DNA of 63,803 nucleotides, the filler included, from Reclinomonas americana ATCC 50394 (taxonomy: Eukaryota): assembly GCA_048213135.1 (NCBI GenBank). It is 19 parts of 19 records of this genome, joined end to end, with 100 filler letters (N's around TTAATTAATTAA, not from the genome) between each part and the next. Parts side by side here need not be neighbours in the genome. Positions count along the whole stretch, not along the records: positions 9,055 to 15,812 come from AFZH01017162.1; positions 15,913 to 24,259 come from AFZH01017164.1; 17 more parts are not named here. One strand, given 5' to 3'. This document shows, piece after piece, positions 12,801 to 23,381 of the stretch (position 1 is the stretch's first letter; every line of letters starts with the position of its first letter). The notes beneath the pieces are model-generated. The model did not search any database. It worked only from the letters and a program-made list of their open reading frames with translations, and had not been told where the DNA came from. The position numbers and the translations under genes are program-made.

Positions 12801-14543
12801 CAAACTGGTGACGTGGAAAGTGAAGTGAGTGTGCAAGGAAAGAAAAGGGCGAGAAGAAAGGAACAAAGTGCCGCACCACTCCACCCAACGCACGCCGCCT
12901 CCTCAATTCGGCCAACTCCTCAATCGTCATCGGCCCACGTACTCTCTCTTCCCCGTCCTTGCCTGCTGACGGCGCGAGTCGCGGTGACAACAGCGACTCC
13001 AGCTCACCAGCCTCGAGGGAGTCCACCATTTCCGCAAACGGCGACGGTCGATGCGAGGAGGCCACACTTGGCGAGAAGGCGAACCCGGGCTGCATCAGCA
13101 GGGACGGCGACGGCGGTACCATGTACTCAGCAGCGTGACGCGGCACTGGTCTCATGACGCTATCTCTTGCCGCCACAAGACCACCACCCTCGTCACCGTC
13201 GTCGTCGTCGTCATCACCATCCACCGACACCACGGCAGTTGTCGTGACGGGCAGTTGGAGTGGCGGTGGTCGCGGACGCTCCGGACGCAGCGGCAACAAC
13301 TCGGGACTCGCTCCTCCGTGTTCCACCATTCCATCCTCATCCTCTTCGTCTTCGTCATCAATCACCTCGGGCACCTCGGCGACTGCCGGTCGCGCACTCG
13401 ACGACAGCGGGGCAGCGGGGAACTTGACTGGCGAGGTGAGGAAACCGACGGCGCCCTGCGACGATGACGTGGAGAAGCCGCACGACAACCTGCGTTCCAA
13501 CAAGTGACGGTGAGAGTCGGCGGGCACTTGTGTGTGCGTGGAGTGAGCGTAACTTGGCCATCCGCGTGCCCTCCTCATCCTCACCGAGCAGGAATCCAGT
13601 CGCCTGCGCCTGCGCCGTCGGTGTGCGTGGAGTCAATGGTGCAGCAGGTGGTGGCGGTGGTGGTGGCGGCTGTGCTGGAGCACGTGCAGCAGGCGCTGTG
13701 GTCTTCGACAACGATGACGACGACAGCGACGCGGCGTCAAAAGTGGACTGCGGAATCCAACCGCCGGCACTCTTCTTGCCCTTGCGCTTGCGCGATTTTT
13801 GGTCCACCAGCACGTCGGCAAACGATGAGGAGAGCGACTTGGACGAGAGAGGCGTGCCAGGTGTTGTCGGCGTCGGCGACGGTGAACCGAAAGCGGCGGC
13901 GGCCGTTGATGATGACGACGACGATGATAATGGTGTCGGTGGAAACATGTTGAGAAAGCCCGACAAGCCTGTGGGCGTCGCGTCACCAGTGCGCCGTCGT
14001 TTCACTTGCGAGCCGAGAGTCGACGGCGCCGAGGCCGACGACAGCGAGCGCGACGACGCATCCACCGCGTGCACCGACACGAGGAAGGAGGCGGGATTGG
14101 AGAGACCACTACCACCCACTCCGCCCACGCCACTGCGCGACAGCGAGAACGAGGAGGCGGAGGATGACAGAGAGGTGGGCGTGGTGTTGCCGAGCCGCCG
14201 CGCCTCCAACACACTGCTGCTGTCGTTGCTGTACTCGCGCTTCCTCCCGGCCAGTTGCGTCACTGCGGTCACTGATGTTGTCGTCGTTCCCTCTGTGCTC
14301 TTTCGCAAGTGCTCCTTTAGCTTGCGGTACCGCCGACTCACCGCCGCTGCGCGATGCCACAGTCAGTGCGTGCACGAAGAGAGAGACAAGAGTGTGCGAG
14401 GATGCGCAACAAATAGCGGCATTCTGACGAAAGTCATTGTTCTCCGGCATGCGACCGTGCTGCTCGCGGAACTCACGCTCCCACTGCTTGAGTGCCTTGC
14501 GCAGGTCGACCATCTCCTGCCGATGCGACATGCCGCCCTCCAT
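9885..14543 (-). CDS. RECQL4: RECQL4-type RecQ helicase with Sld2-like N-terminus
   Basis: N-terminus [25 protein letters not shown], then NFKRLN. Helicase motifs [47 protein letters not shown] and [13 protein letters not shown]-terminus [18 protein letters not shown]. Confidence 0.95.
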
Positions 14544-14579
14544 CTCTACTCTCTCACACGAGGGTTGGCAATGATTTGT

Positions 14580-14607
14580 GGCGGGAAGACAAACTCGCGC
14601 GCCAAAA
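14580..14607. promoter_or_regulatory. Two E2F-like sites in the ~80-bp divergent promoter of RECQL4 and the microprotein
   Basis: GGCGGGAA (14580-14587) and CGCGCCAAAA (reverse complement TTTTGGCGCG, ~14598-14607) match the TTTSSCGC consensus. Confidence 0.6.
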
Positions 14608-14624
14608 CACAATCTTCACCAAGC

Positions 14625-14889
14625 ATGGGGTGAGCGCACCAGGCGTCGATCTGCGTGTCCCTCACCGCTGCTCACTCTCCTCTGTGTCTCCGTGCACAGT
14701 GACGCACAGCATCCGTCTCGTCTGCACTCATTCGTGGTGGACTTTCTCTTGCCTGTGCTGCTCATGGTGGCAGTGGGCGCGCTGCTCAGCTACGCAGCCT
14801 ATCTGTATCCCATGAGTGCCATGGCCGTGCTGGTGGCGCTCATCTGCCTCGGTGGCTGGCTCAATCGTCGCCATTCACCGCATCACTGA
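14625..14889 (+). CDS. Putative 64-aa two-transmembrane microprotein
   Basis: ATG GG|gtgagc intron ending ..gcacag (14630-14699) gives MGDAQHPSRLHSFVVDFLLPVLLMVAVGALLSYAAYLYPMSAMAVLVALICLGGWLNRRHSPHH*. Phase is consistent and codons are GC3-rich. Confidence 0.65.
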
Positions 14890-14893
14890 TTGT

Positions 14894-14916
14894 GGCGGGA
14901 AAGTGGGTTTCGCGCC
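14894..14916. promoter_or_regulatory. Two E2F-like sites upstream of ORC1/CDC6
   Basis: GGCGGGAAA (14894-14902) and TTTCGCGCC (14908-14916), 40-60 bp before ATG 14955. Confidence 0.65.
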
Positions 14917-14954
14917 TCGCGAGCGGGGGTTTGCCACAATCACACTTTTTACAA

Positions 14955-15738
14955 ATGCCCAAGCGCGCACGGACCATTGACTTTGTCGGTGAGTGGAACG
15001 CTATATGTGTGCGCGTCTGTCTCGCGTGTGGACTCACTCTCTCCCTTGACAGCAATCAAGCCGAAGCGACAGCGTGTGCGTGATGCGTGTGATGGATTGA
15101 TCAAGGAGGAAACGTGTGAAAAGGTGCCTCCGCCTTCGCCTGTTGCACGTGCGCGGAGACGATGTGTGACTGCGACGGCGGCGATGGAGGAGGAGGAGAG
15201 CACACCGGCGGTGCAAGGTCGGTCAAAGTGTGTGTGTGCGTGTGTGCGCGTGTGTGTGTGACCATGTCTTGGTGGCTGACAGCACTGTGCGCGCGCGCTC
15301 GTGTGTCTGTGTGTGTGAGCAGAGAGCTGTGCTATGGAGACGACAGCGACAACAACAACGTCGATCACGACGCCGGCGCCGACAACGACATGCGACATGA
15401 GTCCGGAAGGTGCAGTTGCCATGTGCTTTCGGCAATGATTAGTCGTGGTGTTTGTGCGTGCGTACTGACTTTCTCTCTCTGCCTCGTTTGTTTTGCTGTG
15501 TGTTGCAGAGATGATGCGAAGAGTACGCGAGTTGTTGCATACGTCGTTTGTGCCGCCGGATGCGTGGCGTCAGGGTTTGCCATGCCGACAACGTGAATTT
15601 GCCGCCGTGTGCGATTTTGTACGGGAATGCATTGCGCGGCAAAGTGGCGGTGCGCTGTACGTGGCGGGTCTCCCGGGCACGGGCAAGACGGCGACAGTGA
15701 CGGCGGCGTGTGAATCACTCGGACGCAGTTTGCGAAAG
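14955..15738 (+). CDS. ORC1/CDC6-family AAA+ ATPase, 5' part (rest in gap)
   Basis: Spliced short N-terminus, then LHTSFVP..LPCRQREFAAVCDFV..GGALYVAGLPGTGKTATV (Walker A context of Orc1/Cdc6). Cannot distinguish ORC1 from CDC6. Confidence 0.88.
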
Positions 15739-16093
15739 GCGAGTGACCAATTTTTCCTTGTGGTGCAGCGCCTCTCGCCACCCGAGTTGTCGTTTGCTGA
15801 CTTTTTAAAAAANNNNNNNNNNNNNNNNNNNNNNNNNNNNNNNNNNNNNNNNNNNNTTAATTAATTAANNNNNNNNNNNNNNNNNNNNNNNNNNNNNNNN
15901 NNNNNNNNNNNNCCTCTCCCTCTCTCCATCTCTCCCTCTCTCCTCTTCTCTTCCCCCTTTCCCTGCCCCCTTCTCTTCCCCCTTCTTCATTCCCCCGTCT
16001 TCCCCCTTCTCCTTCCCCCTTTCCCTGCCCCCTTCTTCCTTCCCCTCATCCCTTCCCCCTTTATTCCCATCCTTCCCCTTTGCCCCAACATAG

Positions 16094-19000
16094 GACCCCC
16101 GACTGCCGCCGCCTGATCGTGTCCTCCGCCTGCGGTCGCATCGCCTATGTCGACTTCACCGACGACGCGTGGGGCACGCCGATGGACGCCGACAAGTTTG
16201 AGCGCATGACGGCTCGCATGTATGGCGGCAAGCAGGCCATGTCGGGAGTTGCGTGTGCAACTATCTCTCGCTTTTTATGCACTTTATCAACGGCTGCCCT
16301 CGCAGGGCGATGGACTGGTGGTCCCCGAATCGACTTCCGTCATGCAATCGAAGCGACTGGCCACGGATTCCATCGACCTGAACAAGTCGCTCACGCAGCG
16401 CAGTTCGTCTTCTGCAACCGCCGCTGCAGCACCAGGTTTGAGGGTTGGAGCGAGTCCAAGAGTTTTCCAGATGCTAACTGTTGTATCAGGTGCACGCCAG
16501 AAGCGAGTGGTGCCGACCGTGGTTGCCAGCACGTTGAGTTGTTCATATCGCCCTTGCTCCCCACGTTAATTGTTCAACTCACACGACTGTTGCAGTGCGT
16601 CTGCCGGCACATCTTCAGTGGCGAAGACAACAGTGACAGGTTGCGTAAGCTGTCTTTCTTGCCAGCACTGACTGCTGCTAACGTTTCTCCTGTGACAGCG
16701 GCCTCACGATGGAACCTCCCCACCGAAACAGCCGGCAAGCGCGATCCGCTCTCACAGCTCAGTCGCCTCCCGGCATCGAGGTTTGAAGCTGCCTTTTGCC
16801 CGCCATTCCTTCATGTCGATTCTCATCTTTCGTGTCCTCTGCGGTGCAGGAAAGACGACGCTGCCTCCGTCGCCTCATCAAGTTCGTCAGGCTCAGGATC
16901 ATCTCGTGCCTCCGCAGCCTCCGATGGCAGTGGTGGCAGCGAAAACGAATCGGAGGTCGGCAACAGCAATGGTGGAGCTGCCGGTCGCCGAGGTCGCGGT
17001 GGATACGCCAAGCGGCTGGTGCTCTCGACCCCGCGCGTCGAATCCAAGCTGCGCCGCTCGTTCCGCGTCAGCGCCGGCTTGCGAGAGACACAGTGGCATC
17101 TGCGCGTCGACAATCGGCATGCAGATGGTGCGTGGTGCGGTGGATGATTTGTGGATGTCAAGTGTGCTGACTTCTCATGTTCATCCCAGCTGCCGCGCGT
17201 ATATCGCTGGTTGACGACAAGGATGCAGAGCAGTTCCGTTGTTCTTACGTGTCTTAATGATTGACTCACACTGTTGGCCTCACTGTTTTTTGCCCTGCAG
17301 ATGGTTCGACGACCTTGATTCGCGCGTGACGGCCTGCGTGGTGTGCCAGTCACCGAGGCTACCGTCGCGAACGGTGATCGCCACCGGTTGTCTCAATGGA
17401 ATGGTGTATGTGCACACGGTGTCGGGGAGGCGGTTGCGGAATCCGCTGTTGTTGAGTGGACCCGTGTGGAGTTTGGATTCGCGGGCGCATTTCCTGTTGG
17501 CGGTGTGCTGTGATGGGATGTGTCAAGTGTGGTGCGTGGGAAGGGGAAAGAGGGAGGAAGGTGGAAGGGGGAATGGGGGGAAAGGGAAAGGGCGGAAGGG
17601 GGGAAAGGTGGAAGGGAAGCGGAAGGGAAAGGGAGGAAGGGAGTAAGGGGGAAAGGGCGGAAGGGAAGGGGAAGGGGAAGTAACAAGACGTACAATATGT
17701 ATAGCAGTTGTACAGAAGGCAGAAGTAGTTCTGCTGCCGCTTGTCGTGGTAGAGGCTGAAGAGGCTAATAGTATTGGAACAGATGGCCTGAAAACTGTCG
17801 TGTTTGAGCATTCTTCTTTCTCGATGCAGCCAGAGACATTGACACGGATGAGGTTCACTCAAGGTGATGAGTGAGAGCGAATAGAAGTACACGCGAGTCA
17901 GATGTTTATAGTTCAGTGTTCCCGGTGAGGATGATTCTTGAGCACGCGTACGTTAGAGACTGTCGCGCAGCTGAGGTTCTAGCGAAGCGAGGCAGGGATA
18001 GAAGAGAAAAATGGTGCTGCGGGGGCAGAATATATAACTGGATTGGCAGGCGCATGTCAGAGACTGTCGTGTTGATGAGATTGAATCGAGGTTAATAGAG
18101 GCAGCGAAGAGATGGTTCAGGAGGAGGTACAGTAGTCTGTATGTCGTTGTTAACGATGGGGATGCACTGGTACGCATGACACCAGATACTGTGATACAGA
18201 TGATGTTTTGTCAAAGTGAAGAAACGCACAGAAGATGAATACGATACTGAGGCCTTCACGGATGACATTGTGACATCCGTGACACAAGGAGAGTTGCAAA
18301 ACCCTGTTGGAAGAATAAGTGACGGAGAGCTGTAGAGAGTGTGTGTGAGAGAGAAAAATTCATTCATAGTTTTCTTGCACTTCAAATGCGTAAGTGACCG
18401 TCATCAACGAGAGTGACAGAGATAAGGCCCTCACAATCTCCTTTGATCCCCCGCGCTGACGAAGCATTTCTACCGCAGGTCTCTGGTGGACATGAGCTGC
18501 GTGCAGTCCGTGTCGTGTGCGCATGTGGCGCTCAATGGAAATCGGATTGGTGAGTTGACGTTTTTCTCGCTCACCACCTTTTTCTGTCATATCTAACTTC
18601 CTGCTTCGCAGTCCTCGCCCGCATGCACACACTGGCCTCGCTCGGTGAACGATCGGACGGTAAAGGTCCGTTCTACCATCGACATCATCCCTCCCCTCTC
18701 CTTCCCTTCCTCTCATTCACCCCACCCATCATCAGCGCGGTCCCGTGTGGCCGACGAGGACGTTTTTGCAGCCGACGACGACGACGACGACGAGGAGGAC
18801 GAGGGACCGATGGAGATGGATGCCGACGTGATCGACACGCCTCTTGTCGCCGCCGCCGGTGCGCTGGGTGGGAAGCGGCTGAGTGCGATGCGGCAAAGGC
18901 GCGTGCGTCGCCGGCAGGAGTCGGCCGATCGGCCGGTTGTGGTGCTGTACACGTATCCCACGCGGGCGGCGTACGTGTTCAGTCTGCTGTCGGAGTGTTG

Positions 19001-20260
19001 GGTACAAGTGGCCTGCGAGTTTGCAGGTTCGTTCCATCATTGGAGTATTGAGAAAGTGATTCCCACTCTTTCTCTCTCTCTTTCTCTCTTTGTCTGTCTC
19101 CCGCAGACTCCCTGCTCGACCTGTCGGCGCCGAAAAGCAAGTTCCGCCAACGACTGTCGGTCGGCAGCGGTCTGTTTGACGACATTGAGTCGCAGCGGCG
19201 CGCGCTGTTCCCCGTCGAGCCACGCTCGCTGCAAGAAATCTACGGCGTCAATCAAGCGCAGCAACTGCGTGACTCGATCTGTCAGTGTGAGATGCACATG
19301 GCTGCCATGCAGGAGCTGGGTGCCATGTCCGAGTATGAGCGCGTGCTCAAGGTGTACGTGCGGCTGCTGGCGACGGGAATGCAGCAGGCCAGGCTGAGGG
19401 AGGTGTTTGAGATGTTGATGGATGAGAGGCGGGAGACGAGGATAGTCGTTGCGTCGGGAGGGGGGAAGGGAGGAGGGAAGGGGTGGAAAGGGAAGGGAGA
19501 GAGTGGCAAGGAGAATTGACAGGTGTGAGGAGAAAAAAGGAGATGCGGCTTCATTGAGAGGGTTGTGGAGAGCAAAGTGAGTTGAAAGTGCGCGAGGCGA
19601 GAGAAATGCAACTGCGTGTGAGAGTCAAGGGTGAAGAGGGACGAGAGGCGTGTGGCTGATGGAATGATAGAGACGTGAAAGTAATGAGAGGAGTGAACAG
19701 ATTGAGAGGGAGGCGACCGAAGGAGGCGAAGAGAGAGGATAAGGAAAGAATGGCTTGAGAACAGTGTGCAGACAAGAGGATGAAGAGAGCACACCGAGGC
19801 GAGAGAGTTTCACGGAATTGTGTGCATGCAAGGATACTCCCGTTATTGTTCTTGTGCTTCTCTCTCGGTGCATGTTTCGGGTGATGAGATCGACGCATTC
19901 TCACCTTTCGTTTCAAGGTGTTTGTGCGCCTCTTTTTTGTGTGTTTGAGAATGAGAAAGACAAGCAATCGTTGCGATGATGAGATTCGACATTCACACCT
20001 CTCACTTCCTTGCAACCTCCTCTCATATCCCTCAGTATCCCTTTTCCTCACGCAGTCCCTCCTTTCACTTACCTCCCTCTCTTCTCCCCTCCAATCAGGG
20101 CCACCGCGACAAACACCGACTACTGCGTGCGTGCATGGATCACATTGTCGACATTCGCGGCGTGGAACGCCTGCTTGAGGAGTTCCGGCAGCAGCTGGAG
20201 GCCGCTGCTGTCCCGCAATCTGTCGACACGATGGAACTCGATCTGGGAGATTCTGTATAA
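16094..20260 (+). CDS. HIRA: Histone chaperone HIRA, 3' part (WD40 N-terminus in gap)
   Basis: TPDCRRLIVSSACGRIAYVDF..GTPM..YG. B-motif-like ARQKRVVP. WFDDL..SGRRLRNPLLL..QVW. AYVFS..CW. EYERVLKVYVRLL..RLREV..LM. KHRLL..RLLEEF*. Confidence 0.9.
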
Positions 20261-20328
20261 TGACAATATACGAGGAGCAATCGGCCATTTACGGTGACGA
20301 TGGTGGCTGCTCTCCCTTTTTCTCCGCA

Positions 20329-23300
20329 TCATGCGAGTCTCTCAAACAGCGAACACGTCACACTGTGCGCCGAATGACTGATCTCGACGGCGAAGTGCAG
20401 CTTCTTCTTGTCCTTCAGGTTTGTAAATGCCTGTTGTCGAGCAGCAAAGTGAGTCGACAGCTTGCCACTTTTTCACAGGAGTCGCCACACATACCACGCC
20501 GACGTATTCCGAGTTGAGCAAGAACTGCAGCGTGCCGACGTCCAGGTTGATGAGCACGCCCACGCGATCGTCCTCGCCGAAGGTCACTGAAAATGGCTCG
20601 GTGGTGCCGGAGTGGCGAATGATGCCCTCGCTGCTGAAGCCTGGGGGTGGGGGAGAGAAGAGGGAAGGAGAGAGGAGGAAAAGGGAAGAGAAACGAGTGG
20701 AAAATTGGTGAGATACGATGAATGGAAAGACGGAAGAGAGGTTGGCATGAGGATGGAGTGAGATGGAAGATAAGTGGTAATAAGAATTGGATTACATGGA
20801 GGGCACATGAGTTTGTGGAGCGAGATGGTGAGGGAACGGAGAGAAACAAGTGAAAGATTGGCATGAGAACTATGGAGATGGAAGAGGTGGTAAGGAATTT
20901 GACTGCACAGAGAGTAGATGAGGTAGTGGAGTGAGCTTGTGAGGAAACGGAGAGAGAAAAGTGAAAGACTGGCATGAAGATGGTGTGAGATGAGGAATGC
21001 AAGCGCTGAATAATAATTGACTGCATGCAGGGTGCAGTGATTTTGTGATGGAACGGAGGTCGGGCACAGGAGTGAGTAGACAAGATGAGTGGAGACAAGA
21101 GGCAGAAAGAATTGAATGGCAACGAGAAGAGCGACACAGAATACAGCGAAGACAAATGGTGATGAAAGAAGGTAATGGTGTGAGTTGGAGATGGAACGCA
21201 GTGAGGTGAGACACAGGAACGGAATGCAACAGAGATACGGCGAGGCAACAGAATGCGATCCCCCTCATCACTTCATGCTTACGCACCCCAGCTGTGCGAG
21301 TCCGCGCCGAGCCACGACTGCAGATTGCACTTGTCTTCACACACGCCAACCTGCAGCAAGATAATCATGAGCACGAGGCGAATCGCCTTTTCCTCCCCCA
21401 CAAATACACCCTCACCGACACTGTGTGCGGAGAACACGAGCATTGCACGTGAAACTCGCAAAAATAGCAGCCCTCGTCAATCACCAACTCGGAGCACGCA
21501 ATCGACTTGCCGTTGCGATTGCGGCCCTTGACAGCAAAGCCGTCCTCCTGCGCTCGACACAAGGCAGTGAGTCTCCGACAGGAGTGATGATGGTGAGTGA
21601 ACGATCAGGGCGCAACAGATATCCGTGCAAAAGTGCCGACGAGTTTCGGGCTGAATTTGAGGCGCGGAGTGTCGGCACCGCGCGGTTGCGACAGAGTGAC
21701 TCCCAGGCGGTCGAGCATGGCGGCGTCCGAGTGGGAGTTGGCGCTGCGAAGGAGAAGAGGGGGTAAGAAAGGGAAAGGCTGGAAAGGAAAGAGGGGACAG
21801 AGAGGGAAACGATGGGGAGGAGCACACAGGATAGGGAAAAAAGAGGACGACGAACGAGAGAAGGGAAGGAAGCAGGAGACAAAGAGGAACGGATGTAGAA
21901 TAAAGGAGAAGAATGAGACGAAAGAGAGAGCTGGAAGAAGACGACAGAGAATGGAAGGAAGGAGAAGAGAAAGAGGAAAGATGCGGAGGAAGGAGACGAA
22001 TGAGAGGGTTGGAATCATACGACAGAGAAGAAGGGAGAGAGGACACGGACGGGAAAGTATGCGGAAGAAAAGGGGAGGAAGGAGACGAACGAGGAATTTG
22101 GAAGGAGACGAACGAGGAATTCGGAAGGAGACGACAGAGAAGGTAAGGCAGCAGGAGAGAATGAGGAACGAAAGCGGAAGAAACGGTAGGAATGAGACGA
22201 AAGAGAGAGTTGGAACAATCTGACAGAAAAATGGGAAGCAGGAGAGAATGAGAACGGCTGCAGATAAAGGGAGAGGAATGAGACGAAAGAGAGAGCTGGA
22301 ACAATACGACAGAAAAGGGAAGAAGGAGAAGAGAAAGAGGAACGGAAGCAGAAGAATGGAGAAGAATGGAAAGGTAAAGGAAGGAGAGGACAGAGACAGG
22401 GAATTGAGAGAGAGAAGGGAGAAAAACAAGAGCGGGGAGGTCTACATGACAGTCGAGAAAGGAATAAGATTGAGGCAGATCACAGGCGGCGTGCAGCATG
22501 AATACAGAGGAACGACGATGAAAAGATACAATCGCCGGTGGCGATATCTCGCAATAATTGATCGCCTCTCAGCGCCTTGTCCTTGAGGCGAAGGAGAAGG
22601 AAGAGGAATGCGATAAAGACGAGCAACGATCATGAAATGGACAAGTAGAGCGCGTGGAGTCAGGTTGGAAGATTGTCAACAGCATGAAGCAGGAGTAGAG
22701 AGGAAGGAAACAAACAAGATAGAGCCCTGACTTCCCCTCGCACACCTGGCCGACCCCGGACGCCCAGCCCGTGATCCTGGCCGAAGACTCGAGCGAGAGC
22801 TCAGTGGACGAGAGTTGCCATTGGCGCCGGCTGCACCACCAGTTGGCGACGCGGCATTTTGCGGGAGATCCCACTCGTCGAGAGTCGCTACGCCACGCAA
22901 TCATCAGCATGACAACTACCACGCCACACAACACTTTTTCCCCTCTGCGCACCATCCTCCACGGCTGCCGACAGCGGTCGTACTGGCGGGTAGTAGGGGA
23001 GCGGATAACGCGAATCATCAATCTTGGAGACGAGGGCGGGGATGAGCAGCTGATTCGGCACCTGTGCATGCACAAAGAAATGTTCAGCGACTGTCCCTCC
23101 CCTCTCCCTCCTCCTTCTCCATGAGACCCACCAGCTCGCTCTGCGCCGCCTGCTTGACCACTTGCGGGTGCAGTAGTTGAAAGTTGACCGTCGTAAAGAG
23201 TTGCAGGCGCTCGGCCGACGTCAGCGAATCCTGGTGGAACGCCGCGTACTGGTGGAGCAGCTCAAAGATGGTCTCTTCGTGCACCTCCTCGTTGCGCTCC

Positions 23301-23350
23301 ACGTCCACCAGTTGCACGCTGGGAAAGGGGAAAGAGAGAGATGAGAAGGG

Positions 23351-23381
<31 letters not shown>

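Noticed and set aside
19014..19020. Possible GC donor (T|gcgagt) in HIRA
   Set aside because: A canonical G|gttcgt donor 12 nt downstream has the same phase and restores the conserved DSL motif.
21477..22499. Long Leu/Ser/Phe- or Arg/Glu-rich ORFs (also 39521-40642, 52611-53392, 57375-58046, 58668-59627)
   Set aside because: Translations of CT/GA low-complexity introns.
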